Positions 36,526 through 45,277 of a DNA stretch of 64,000 bases are shown piece by piece. Numbering within the stretch: the first letter of the stretch is position 1; each line of letters begins with the position of its first letter. The DNA is taken from assembly GCA_023247255.1 (NCBI GenBank), contig JAHFGV010000009.1, forward strand, positions 2,773-66,772, given 5' to 3'. Source of the stretch: Candidatus Omnitrophota bacterium (GTDB taxonomy: Bacteria; Omnitrophota; Gorgyraeia; Aquiviventales; Aquiviventaceae). Made by a program: the position numbers and the translations under genes. The notes below the pieces were generated by a model, which was given only the letters and a program-made list of their open reading frames with translations, did not search any database and was not told the DNA's origin.

Positions 36526-36903
36526 GTGACAAGGGATAAATTAGGTTTGCGCGTTAGCCCGTTAAAATCTTAAACCCGCAAACGCGCTAACTTTTTTGGT
36601 TCTTCCGGCTTTGCAGTGGTTAAAAGGAACAATACTTCCCTCTCCCCAAAGGGGAGAGGGATCGGGTGAGGGGAAGATACTCAGGAGAGCGGAGAATAGG
36701 TTGCATTACCGCCATGCCGATTCGACGCTGCACTCAGCGCAAGGGGCAACCTTTCATTTGCTGCGCTCAGTATGAGTGAAGCCGATCCGATTGGCACATT
36801 TCCCTCCACCAACCCCCCCTCGCCCTAACCCTCTCCCTTTTCAGGGAGAGGGGAAAGAATGCCCATGGTAATCCCGGAAGCGCCAGCTTTTTAAGGTATC
36901 CTC

Positions 36904-37692
36904 ATGAGAATTGTGGCACTGACGTTTCATGATGTGGTGACGAAGGAAGAGAGCGCTTCTTCTCAGGCCGACGTGTTCTACCGCATCACCACCGGTGAGT
37001 TGGAAACCGTGCTCTCTCAACTACGTCGACTCGGCTATCAAGCTGCCAATTCAAAAGAATTCCGGGTTTGGCAAGAGGCAAGATCCAATCTTTCTAAGAG
37101 GGTTGTGGTGCTGACATTCGACGATGGATATGCCAGCCATTTTGAATCCGTTGCCCCCTTGCTTTTGCGCTATCGCTTCAGTGGGACATTTTTTGTTCCC
37201 GCGGCCTTGGTTGGACGATCGGGTTATATGAGTTGGGACCAATTGCGCAAACTGGTTTTCCTGGGTATGGAAATCGGATCGCACGGGCTCTCCCACAGGC
37301 CCTTTACGCAGCTATCTCGCCAGCAACTCGACCTGGAACTGACAGGGTCCAAGCGCTTGTTGGAAGATAATCTCGGAATACCCATCCGCGCCATCGCTGC
37401 TCCAGGAGGGTTTTGGAGCGCCTCTGTGGCCGAGGCTGTTCGACGTGCCGGTTATGAGGCGGCTTGGGTTTCAACGATTGGCACCAACGGCCCTCAGACA
37501 AACCCCCTAGCCTTGCGCCGGGTTGTGGTGCGTCGGCCATTCTCTGCCGAGCGTATTGTATCGATGGTCGAAGGTTGGCAACCCGCATTCTGGTGGGCGT
37601 CGAGCCAGCAGCATACGATTCAATTGCTCAAGCGTCTATTAGGAGTCTACCGGTATGAGCAGCTCAAACGTCGACTCGTGCCGAATGCGTAA
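36904..37692 (+). CDS. polysaccharide deacetylase (NodB family)
   Basis: VVVLTFDDGYASHFESVAPLL... GMEIGSHGLSH NodB motifs. Confidence 0.75.
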   Translation: MRIVALTFHDVVTKEESASSQADVFYRITTGELETVLSQLRRLGYQAANSKEFRVWQEARSNLSKRVVVLTFDDGYASHFESVAPLLLRYRFSGTFFVPAALVGRSGYMSWDQLRKLVFLGMEIGSHGLSHRPFTQLSRQQLDLELTGSKRLLEDNLGIPIRAIAAPGGFWSASVAEAVRRAGYEAAWVSTIGTNGPQTNPLALRRVVVRRPFSAERIVSMVEGWQPAFWWASSQQHTIQLLKRLLGVYRYEQLKRRLVPNA

Positions 37693-37753
37693 GAGTGTTA
37701 GCACGTTTTCGCGCTAACGGACTAACGGGGCAAACACGCTAACATTAGGTACC

Positions 37754-38881
37754 ATGACTCTCATCTTCTGGGTTTCACTGACGGTACTGATCTACATCTA
37801 CATCGGCTACCCGCTTTTGGTGTGGATCTGCGCGCGTGTGTGGGGGCGTTTGCCGCAGCGATCATCCATTCTGCCATTGGTATCTCTGGTGATTCCAGCC
37901 TATAACGAAGCCCTGTATATCGAGGGGAAGTTGCGTAATAGTTTAAATCTTGACTATCCGAAGGATCGTTTGGAGGTTGTCGTGGCCTCTGATGGATCGA
38001 CGGATGAGACGGAAGCGATCGTCAAGCGATTTCGTCCTTTTGGCGTGCGGTTGGTATCGATGGTGCAGAACATTGGGAAATCTGCCATGCTCAATCGAGT
38101 GATGGGTTTCTTGAGTGGAGAAATCGTCGTTTTCTCCGATGCTTCCACTGAGCTCGCTGCGAATGCCATCCGTTTTTTGATGCGTTCTTTCGCAGACCCT
38201 AAAGTAGGTTGCGTCTCAGGGAAATATCATCTCAAGCAAGTGAAAGACCTGCGTTCACAGGGGGAAGGGTTGTATTGGCGCTACGAAACGTTCATCAAGG
38301 AACAGGAGAGTCGACTCCATTCGATTCTAGGTGCCCATGGAGCCTGTTATGCTATCCGCAAGCGACTGTTTCAACCTTTGGAGAACGCTTCAATCAACGA
38401 CGATTACCTCATTCCCATGCGAATTGTGGCCCAGGGATACCGAGCCGTGTATGAGCCCGAGGCCATGGCGTGGGAAGAAGAGTCGACTTCAATGGAAGGA
38501 GAGTTTTCCCGACGTCGACGCATCGCTGCCGGGAACTGTCAACAGATTGTCGCTTTGCGCTCCCTTTTGTCACTCCGACACGGGTGGGTGGTTTTTTGTT
38601 TCTTCTCCCACAAAGTCCTGAGGTCCTTTGCTCCAGTGTTTCTGGGTATTCTTATCCTATCGAGCTTCGGATTACCAAATCCCTGGCGGTTTCTGTCCCT
38701 TGCTTTTCAGTCCCTATTCTATGCGAGCGCATGGGTGGGGTATTACTGTCAAAAACGGGGTTATCCGGTTAAGTGGTTATCGCCATCACTGTATTTTTGT
38801 CTGGGTAATTTAGCTACTCTGGCCGGTTTGATACGATATTTCTTAGGTAGAAAAAGATTAATCTGGGAAAGGGCGCGTTAA
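37754..38881 (+). CDS. glycosyltransferase family 2 (processive/cellulose-synthase-like topology with C-terminal TM helices)
   Basis: N-terminal TM, VIPAYNEAL, ASDGSTDET (DxD), C-terminal multi-TM region. Confidence 0.75.
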   Translation: MTLIFWVSLTVLIYIYIGYPLLVWICARVWGRLPQRSSILPLVSLVIPAYNEALYIEGKLRNSLNLDYPKDRLEVVVASDGSTDETEAIVKRFRPFGVRLVSMVQNIGKSAMLNRVMGFLSGEIVVFSDASTELAANAIRFLMRSFADPKVGCVSGKYHLKQVKDLRSQGEGLYWRYETFIKEQESRLHSILGAHGACYAIRKRLFQPLENASINDDYLIPMRIVAQGYRAVYEPEAMAWEEESTSMEGEFSRRRRIAAGNCQQIVALRSLLSLRHGWVVFCFFSHKVLRSFAPVFLGILILSSFGLPNPWRFLSLAFQSLFYASAWVGYYCQKRGYPVKWLSPSLYFCLGNLATLAGLIRYFLGRKRLIWERAR

Positions 38882-38891
38882 TACAGAAATA

Positions 38892-38907
38892 TGGTATGAA
38901 ACGTGCT
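38892..38907 (+). promoter_or_regulatory. candidate sigma-54 promoter (TGGTAT-N5-GTGCT; GG-N10-GC)
   Basis: -24/-12 spacing satisfied, 23 nt upstream of ATG 38929; near-identical architecture to 42738-42753. Confidence 0.3.
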
Positions 38908-38928
38908 TTATATAAATATAGGGGTTCT

Positions 38929-39750
38929 ATGACTTTATCCAAGTTCGTAAGGCATATAATCCACTTGTTTGGGACTCTTGTCACTCTAGTTCTACTGGCC
39001 ACACCGGTACAATCGGCTGTGATTGATTTTGACTTCAACACCCTTGCAGATGGGGCCAACAATGCGGCGGTCAAGGATTACATGCAGGGTGTCCTTGATG
39101 TGGAGCGACCAGGAGAGACCGTAGCAGTGCAGGGAGCTAGGGCGGAGAAAAACTACAACGGCGATCGACATGTCGTCGGCCCAGTTTCAGGGAGTGTGGT
39201 AACATCCGAAACCTTGGGTACCTCTGATCTTAACGTCCACCATGACTTACCCTTCGACGCTTTTCTCATCAATGGGGGTAGCGCAACGCAAATCACCATG
39301 ACCTTTTCTTTCCCTATTTATCTTGGGTCGTTCGACTATGAAATCTTTCCCGATGGAACCTGTCCACGAGAGACTTGTGCAGAAGCTAACTGGCCGGATT
39401 TTTCCTTTGAAGCCGATGACGTTCTGCAATTTCGTACCTTGGGGATCGTGCCGGGTACCGAAGGCACCTATGCGCATTCTCCGCGCAGCGGTCCGATTCG
39501 CAATGAACGCGCTCCTCAATTTCTTGGTATGAGTAGTTTATGGCTCTTCCCCGATGGGGTGACGAAATTGGAATTTATTGATTGGCCCAGACATATTGGC
39601 ATCGATAACCTCCATATCGATGATGATAAGGGTAGAGGGACTGAGGGACCTCCGGTTGTTCCAGAGCCGACATCGCTTTTCTTGATGACTACAGGGCTAG
39701 CGGGGTTGGCTGTCTCAGGACGTCGCTCTAAGTTACTACAAAAAACGTGA
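38929..39750 (+). CDS. PEP-CTERM sorting-domain protein (exosortase substrate)
   Basis: Signal peptide MTLSKFVRHIIHLFGTLVTLVLLATPVQSA; C-terminal VVPEPTSLFLMTTGLAGLAVSGRRSKLLQKT (PEP motif, TM helix, basic tail). ATG 38896 is an alternative start. Confidence 0.7.
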   Translation: MTLSKFVRHIIHLFGTLVTLVLLATPVQSAVIDFDFNTLADGANNAAVKDYMQGVLDVERPGETVAVQGARAEKNYNGDRHVVGPVSGSVVTSETLGTSDLNVHHDLPFDAFLINGGSATQITMTFSFPIYLGSFDYEIFPDGTCPRETCAEANWPDFSFEADDVLQFRTLGIVPGTEGTYAHSPRSGPIRNERAPQFLGMSSLWLFPDGVTKLEFIDWPRHIGIDNLHIDDDKGRGTEGPPVVPEPTSLFLMTTGLAGLAVSGRRSKLLQKT

Positions 39751-39911
39751 AAGTAAGTTGCGAGGATGTCGTTCGTAGATGCCTTCGACATTTTAAAATA
39801 AACGACGACTATGATGTCCAAAGACAGAGCAGTCTAGGTTTTTTATCTGTTCAGAGCCCGAGGTGTTTTTTTAACTTATTTTTTTGGTAACCTTTAACGA
39901 GGAGATTAGTA

Positions 39912-40625
39912 ATGCAAAAGGGAGCAGCAATCATTTTTTTAGCAGGAGGACTTATCCTGCTTGGTGCCGGTTCGGTTGGAGCAGTTCCTGTGATTGATGG
40001 GTTTCTCGGTGTTGGAGAATGGACCGGAGGAGTACTCAGTGGGAGTGATCCCAACGAACCTCTAATCCCGGACAGCTATGATCTTTCTGGGGTTGTTATG
40101 ATCAAAGAATTGGGAGGCTCTCCAGGAGACGACGGTTTGTACGTTCTCTTAACGACTTATGCCGTACCGTCACTGGTAGATGCAGATGTAGGGCCACCGC
40201 CAGCATCAGTCAATATCGCTACCGACTACGATGGAGATTCAGATTTTGCGGATGCAGGAGATTTGTTTACCGTACATACCCTATTCACCGGTTTTGACGT
40301 GTTTAGCCCAACCGCTGGCCTGTTGCTAGATGGGGTGGCTGGTGTTCATTACGCAATGGGTTCGGTGATCGAGTATTTTATCCCTTCTTCGGTCATTTCC
40401 AGTGTTGTACCTCTACCGAGTTCTTTTTCAGGATTTGCCATTTATGACAATGGAGGAGATGCTCCGGATGATCGTATGCCAATTAAGCTAGGGGGGGGTG
40501 GTCCGGGAGAAGAGCCTGTTATTCCGGAACCTGCTTCTTTATGGTTAATGAGTGGCGGGCTTGGTCTTCTGGCTTCCCAGTATCGAGGAAGGCGGTGGCA
40601 GCGGCCATGCTCGACTCAGTCCTAA
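39912..40625 (+). CDS. PEP-CTERM sorting-domain protein
   Basis: GAGGAG RBS; signal peptide; C-terminus VIPEPASLWLMSGGLGLLASQYRGRRWQR. Confidence 0.75.
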   Translation: MQKGAAIIFLAGGLILLGAGSVGAVPVIDGFLGVGEWTGGVLSGSDPNEPLIPDSYDLSGVVMIKELGGSPGDDGLYVLLTTYAVPSLVDADVGPPPASVNIATDYDGDSDFADAGDLFTVHTLFTGFDVFSPTAGLLLDGVAGVHYAMGSVIEYFIPSSVISSVVPLPSSFSGFAIYDNGGDAPDDRMPIKLGGGGPGEEPVIPEPASLWLMSGGLGLLASQYRGRRWQRPCSTQS

Positions 40626-40990
40626 CTGTTTTTTACAGACACTTTGTTGTTTGAAAACAACACTTATCCCCTAATTTACTGGCTTTTGGAAGTTGTTCAG
40701 GCATCGGGGTGTTAGTTTTTTAAAGATCTAAGTATGTGGACAAAAATATCTTGATATATTTCTTCGCGTTTCTCGTCGAACGTTCCACTATTCACTGATC
40801 ACTGGCCACTGACTGAGTGATACCCATAGAGTTATGGTCATGAAGGACCAAGGAAGTATTAAAAATTTAGAGAGTTAGGAAATAAATTGGCATGCTCTCT
40901 GCTTAGTAAAAGAAGTGTCATCGGTTTTATGGTTTTAAGTCTGTTTGTCGCATGATTGAAGTGTGAAGTGATTGAAGGCTCTGAAGGGTT

Positions 40991-41755
40991 GTGGCTGTGA
41001 GTCATTTCCCCACCGGTGAGCCAATCCTTAACCCAGGAATTTATTTAGATACGATGAGTGTTCTTGTCGCTAAATTACTAACGGCCCATCAAGGACTGGT
41101 TGTTGAGCTTCAACGGTTCTGGTTGCTCTGGAGCTACCAGCATCCCGTGCCTCCTTTTACGTTGGCATGGCGATTGGTTCTGAAGCGCGCAGTGGATGTG
41201 ATTGCTTCTGCCTTAGGGCTTCTTTTTCTGATGCCGCTTTTGGCATGTATCGCCTTGGCGGTGAAGCTTACTTCCAAAGGACCGATCTTTTATAATCAAG
41301 AACGGGTGGGGCATTTTGGTGAGCGTTTTACCATGTATAAATTCCGTACGATGATAGTGGACGCTGAAGTCAATGGTCCGGTTTGGGCAGATCAGCAGAG
41401 AGATCCGCGCGTCACGCCACTGGGCAATTTTCTAAGACAGACCCACCTCGATGAGTTACCGCAGCTTTTGAATGTTTTGACGGGACAAATGAGTTTGGTA
41501 GGGCCACGGCCCGAGCGACCTTGCTTCGTAGAAAGATTGGATCGTCAGATTCCCCGCTACGATAGGCGTCTGTTGGTTAAGCCCGGTCTTACGGGATTGG
41601 CACAGGTTCATTATCGGTATGACCAGACCGTGGATGATGTCAAGCGTAAGTTGCGATTTGACCTGTTTTATATCAAGCGTATGTGTCTAATGCTTGACCT
41701 GCGCATCCTTGCGTGGACATTCTTGGTTGTGGTAACCGGGCGTGGAATTCGTTAG
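40991..41755 (+). CDS. bacterial sugar transferase (polyprenyl-phosphate glycosyl-1-phosphate transferase, WbaP/EpsL C-terminal-domain type) – priming enzyme
   Basis: [20 protein letters not shown]...[27 protein letters not shown]...[25 protein letters not shown]. Confidence 0.75.
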   Translation: MAVSHFPTGEPILNPGIYLDTMSVLVAKLLTAHQGLVVELQRFWLLWSYQHPVPPFTLAWRLVLKRAVDVIASALGLLFLMPLLACIALAVKLTSKGPIFYNQERVGHFGERFTMYKFRTMIVDAEVNGPVWADQQRDPRVTPLGNFLRQTHLDELPQLLNVLTGQMSLVGPRPERPCFVERLDRQIPRYDRRLLVKPGLTGLAQVHYRYDQTVDDVKRKLRFDLFYIKRMCLMLDLRILAWTFLVVVTGRGIR

Positions 41756-41814
41756 GCGTGTTTGCCGTACGTATTACGTGTTACGCAGATACAGGAGAGA
41801 AGAGGAGGACGGCA

Positions 41815-42489
41815 ATGCGAAAAACAGCAGCAAGTATCGTTTTGGTAATTGGGCTTATGCTGTTTGGTACCGAGGCGGTTGGGGCGGTCCCAGCCATTGA
41901 TGGGTTATTGGGTGTGGGGGAATGGAGCGGAGCGATTCTCAGCGGGACCGATCCCAACGAAGCCTTGATTCCTAACAGTTATGACTTGTCAGGCATCGTC
42001 ATGATCCAAGAGATGGGGGGAGCTGCCGCAGATGACGGGTTGTACATTTTGATTACGACCTACGCAGCACCGAGTTTAGTCGATTCAGGTGTGGGTCCGC
42101 CTCCCGCATCTGTGAGCGTCATTACCGACTACAATGGAGACTTGGACTTTGCCGATGCAGGCGATATTTTCACGGTCCATACCCTAGCGAGCGGATTCGA
42201 TGTCTTCAGTCCAACGGCAGGGCTTCTTTTAGACGGTGTAGCCGGAACCCATTATGCTTTTGGTTCGGTCATTGAGTATTTCATTCCATCCTCGGTCATC
42301 GCTGGCATAGTGCCTCTACCCAGTAGTTTTGCGAGCTTTGCTGTCTACGACAATGGTGGCGATGCTCCGGATGACCGTATGCCGAATCTTGGATTCTTCA
42401 CGCCCGTTCCAGAACCTTCCAGCATGCTTTTGATGGGGCTTGGGCTATTGGGTGGTATTATCCAACGCCGAAGGGGGCTATTTTCTTGA
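41815..42489 (+). CDS. PEP-CTERM sorting-domain protein, paralogue of 39912-40625
   Basis: AGGAGGA RBS before ATG 41815; ~65-70% identity to 39912-40625 throughout; C-terminus PVPEPSSMLLMGLGLLGGIIQRRRGLFS. Confidence 0.75.
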   Translation: MRKTAASIVLVIGLMLFGTEAVGAVPAIDGLLGVGEWSGAILSGTDPNEALIPNSYDLSGIVMIQEMGGAAADDGLYILITTYAAPSLVDSGVGPPPASVSVITDYNGDLDFADAGDIFTVHTLASGFDVFSPTAGLLLDGVAGTHYAFGSVIEYFIPSSVIAGIVPLPSSFASFAVYDNGGDAPDDRMPNLGFFTPVPEPSSMLLMGLGLLGGIIQRRRGLFS

Positions 42490-42533
42490 GCGGTTGATCG
42501 ATTTTAAGTGAATTCACACCTTCTCTTCTTCTC

Positions 42534-42569
42534 CAGCAGGCAGCTTTGTAAAGGCTGCCTGCTTTTTTT
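42534..42569 (+). terminator. rho-independent terminator
   Basis: cagcaggcagc-tttgtaaag-gctgcctgc followed by TTTTTTT. Confidence 0.8.
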
Positions 42570-42737
42570 AATAAACGTTATGTTGAAATAAATCATCATA
42601 GTGTAAGCACGTGATCTCTCGCTTTCGTGATCGTTCTTCACTCATAGAAAGTTTGGAATAGCTATTTATATAAGCCCTAATATATCAAAGAGTTACGTGT
42701 CTGTTTTTGTAAACAGATGTCGTAAAAAATCTCAGTT

Positions 42738-42753
42738 TGGTACAAAAACTGCT
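42738..42753 (+). promoter_or_regulatory. candidate sigma-54 promoter (TGGTAC-N5-CTGCT; GG-N10-GC)
   Basis: ~65 nt upstream of ATG 42819 of a PEP-CTERM gene. Confidence 0.3.
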
Positions 42754-42818
42754 CAATATCAACTTAGATATGTGAGGGAGTAGTGGTCAGTGACCAACGA
42801 CAGCCGGTGAGAGGAAAA

Positions 42819-43252
42819 ATGGGAAAGCTTAGATTCCTTCTTGTGCTATTCGTCATAGGAAGTGGGTTCCTTTTCACGAGTGGTTGTCAGGACTAGTAAA
42901 TAGCCTTATTTCGAGCCTGGTTGATAATTTTATTTCGAGCCTATTCGGTAGTGGAGCAGATTCTGATTCAGAGGCGTGGGCTATCTTTAATTCTGAAAGT
43001 GCCATTTCTGAAGAAGCTGAGCTTTTGCTTGAAGCGAGTTCAACGGATGGAGAGAATAGTAGTGGAGAGAGTAGTAGTTTTTCTGGAATAGAATTGTCAA
43101 ACAGCGCCGTTCCTGTGGCTACTCTTCACAATCCTGAGCCTGCTAGCCTTGCGTTATTTGGAGGAGGGCTGGTCGGTCTGATCTCTTTGAATCGGAAAAG
43201 AATCTCTAGGCGTAAGTCAACGTCTTCATCGACCTCACCGGAAGGAAGTTAG
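42819..43252 (+). CDS. small acidic Ser-rich PEP-CTERM protein; reading frame broken by a −1 shift at the T4 run 42871-42874
   Basis: AGGA RBS then ATG 42819 encodes MGKLRFLLVLFVIGSGFLF (signal peptide); body (track ORF 42884-43252, TTG) is in −1 frame and ends NPEPASLALFGGGLVGLISLNRKRISRRK. Confidence 0.5.
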
Positions 43253-43260
43253 CGCGCCTC

Positions 43261-44193
43261 GTGAAAGGATCCCAACACATGCGTCAGTCTATCCTAGCGA
43301 CAGCGCTCATAAAGGCGATTCGTGAAACCACTCGTCTTTTTAGTTCCCATCGCAAGCTCTGGCTCCCATTTTTAGTCACTGCTTGCGTGGAAGCCTGTTT
43401 GTTGGGAATGATCTGGTTAGCGCCCCACCCGCCCTTTTCAAAACTTTTTGCTCCACCCATCCGTTACTTCTTCGGTGACCGCATGCTTCACTATCCTTGG
43501 CACCTTTGGTTTCTGTATTACGCAATGAAGCACACCCAGGTAATGGCATCGATTACGGTAGGGGCATTCATGACGGGTGTAGCTTGCGCCCTGGTGCGTC
43601 AATGGCATCAGGGCGGCATACTTTCCATTCGGGACGTGCTGGTTCATCGAGAGGTACGCTATGTGAGGGTATGTATCCTATGGGCCGTTATCTGGGGAAT
43701 GGCTAGAGTAGCCGGTGTAGTCGTTGCGCGTTTTATCCCTGATCCCATAGGCCGATTCTGGGTAGGGCTTGGCTTGATTCTGTTGCTACAAAGCGCGCTC
43801 ATCTACGCAATCCCAGTGGTGATTTTTCATCGATGCTCATGGCTAAAGGCTATGGGGTACAGCGTGAAAGAGACGCTCCGTCATCCTGTGAGCACGATCT
43901 TGGTGGTGGTGCTTCCGAGCACGTTGCTAGTTTTGTTTGCCATCGTCGTCAGCCCTGGGCGTGCGACTCAATGGATGGTTCAAATATCTCCCGAATTCAT
44001 GCTGGTGTGTATGCTCGGTCGTTTAATCCTGTGGACTGTTGTCGACGCTGTAGTGACAGTTTCCGTGTGTCATCTGTGGTGGTTCCATCGCGGTCCATCC
44101 TTGGAACCGGTTGCCTGTTCTCATGCGAAGTCCCTGTCAAGCGCTGTTGCCGCCTCATCGGGTGATCTCAAAGAGAATGCTGTGGTTGCGTGA
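43261..44193 (+). CDS. polytopic membrane protein of unknown function
   Basis: 310 aa, ~7-8 predicted TM helices, Trp/His-rich loops; no known motif. Confidence 0.5.
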   Translation: MKGSQHMRQSILATALIKAIRETTRLFSSHRKLWLPFLVTACVEACLLGMIWLAPHPPFSKLFAPPIRYFFGDRMLHYPWHLWFLYYAMKHTQVMASITVGAFMTGVACALVRQWHQGGILSIRDVLVHREVRYVRVCILWAVIWGMARVAGVVVARFIPDPIGRFWVGLGLILLLQSALIYAIPVVIFHRCSWLKAMGYSVKETLRHPVSTILVVVLPSTLLVLFAIVVSPGRATQWMVQISPEFMLVCMLGRLILWTVVDAVVTVSVCHLWWFHRGPSLEPVACSHAKSLSSAVAASSGDLKENAVVA

Positions 44194-45214
44194 ACTCGTA
44201 AGAACTACTTGCGCGTTAGCCAGTTTGCGAACTGAGCGTTTTCCACTTACCAACCCGCAAACCCGCAAACTCACAAACCTGCCAACTCGCAAACCCGCCA
44301 ACCCACTCACTTACTTCGCCCTTCTATGTATCCCATTGCTTATCTCAGGATGCAGCTCATCCTACCAAGGGGAACGGTTATTCTGGCATGCCCAGCGTCT
44401 GGCTATTCCCATTCTCAAGAATCCGACTGACGTGACTGCGGGTCAGCTTTCCAAAGCCGTGGCAGCGTTTCAGAAAGTGGTGAAACACACGCCGGATACG
44501 ATTTGGGCTGCTCGGGCGCATGCCGCGATAGGATCTCTTTATGTGACTCAACGCGAGTTTGACAAAGCGCGGGAAGCCTATTTCTTAGTTCTCGAGAATT
44601 ATCACCAGCACCGAGCGCTGGTTCTGGCGTGTCGTGTGTCTATTGCCAAGACCTATGAAATGGAGAAAGACTGGGAAAAAGCCGTCAAGGTATATGAGGA
44701 AATTCCTGACCAACACCCTTGGACCCAAATGGGTTTAGAAACGCCGCTTTATATCGCCAAGACCTATGCCGAGCGCAAGGAATCGGATAAGGCCACCCGG
44801 GCTTATGAGCGCGCCATCCGCCGATACCTAAGACTGATCCCGACAGCTCCCAGTCGTCAAAAGGAGTTGCAAGTAAAAGGGTACCTGGCGAGCGCCTATC
44901 TAAATGTGGGCGAAGGGCAACAGGCTATTGATCTTTTCGAGGAACTTCTGGCAGACGGAAAGAATATTTCTGTGAATCGTCCTGTTATCCTGCTGATGAT
45001 GGGCAGGATTTACGAGATTAAGTTACATAACCGCGAAAAGGCGAATCAAGCTTATGCCACACTGATCGCTGAGTTTCCAGATCATGCATTAGCCGCGGTA
45101 GCCAAACGTCAACTGGAGCAAAACGGTTATTCTTCCGAACAACCTGCTTCTGTTACCGGCTTGGGTCCTATGGTTCCTCAAGTTCCGCAGCCAGGGGCGT
45201 CTGCAGCACCCTGA
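44111..45214 (+). CDS. TPR-repeat lipoprotein (PrsT-like but short); true start probably downstream of track start
   Basis: Lipobox LLISGC-SSS; TPR-like helical repeats (AHAAIGSLYVTQREFDKAREAYF..., KAVKVYEEI...); the track N-terminus is translated from CCGCAAAC tandem repeats and is unlikely to be real. Confidence 0.55.
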   Translation: MPVLMRSPCQALLPPHRVISKRMLWLRELVRTTCALASLRTERFPLTNPQTRKLTNLPTRKPANPLTYFALLCIPLLISGCSSSYQGERLFWHAQRLAIPILKNPTDVTAGQLSKAVAAFQKVVKHTPDTIWAARAHAAIGSLYVTQREFDKAREAYFLVLENYHQHRALVLACRVSIAKTYEMEKDWEKAVKVYEEIPDQHPWTQMGLETPLYIAKTYAERKESDKATRAYERAIRRYLRLIPTAPSRQKELQVKGYLASAYLNVGEGQQAIDLFEELLADGKNISVNRPVILLMMGRIYEIKLHNREKANQAYATLIAEFPDHALAAVAKRQLEQNGYSSEQPASVTGLGPMVPQVPQPGASAAP

Positions 45215-45277
45215 CACTGAGGGGGTCGTTTATCCATAATTTCTAATCTAGCGGTTCATTGACTTCTACTGAGGAAA

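Noticed and set aside
39840-39911. Sigma-54 promoter upstream of PEP-CTERM gene 39912
   Set aside because: No GG-N10-GC arrangement was found. The gene may be co-transcribed with 38929-39750.
44194-44310. Translating the CCGCAAAC tandem repeats as the N-terminus of the TPR lipoprotein
   Set aside because: The repeat-encoded TNPQTRKLTNLPTRKPANP stretch belongs to the REP-like intergenic family seen at other gene ends. The lipobox further downstream marks the real N-terminal region.
45257-45277. TTGACT hexamer 15 nt upstream of the exosortase ATG considered as a −35 box
   Set aside because: There is no room for a spacer and −10 element before the start codon.
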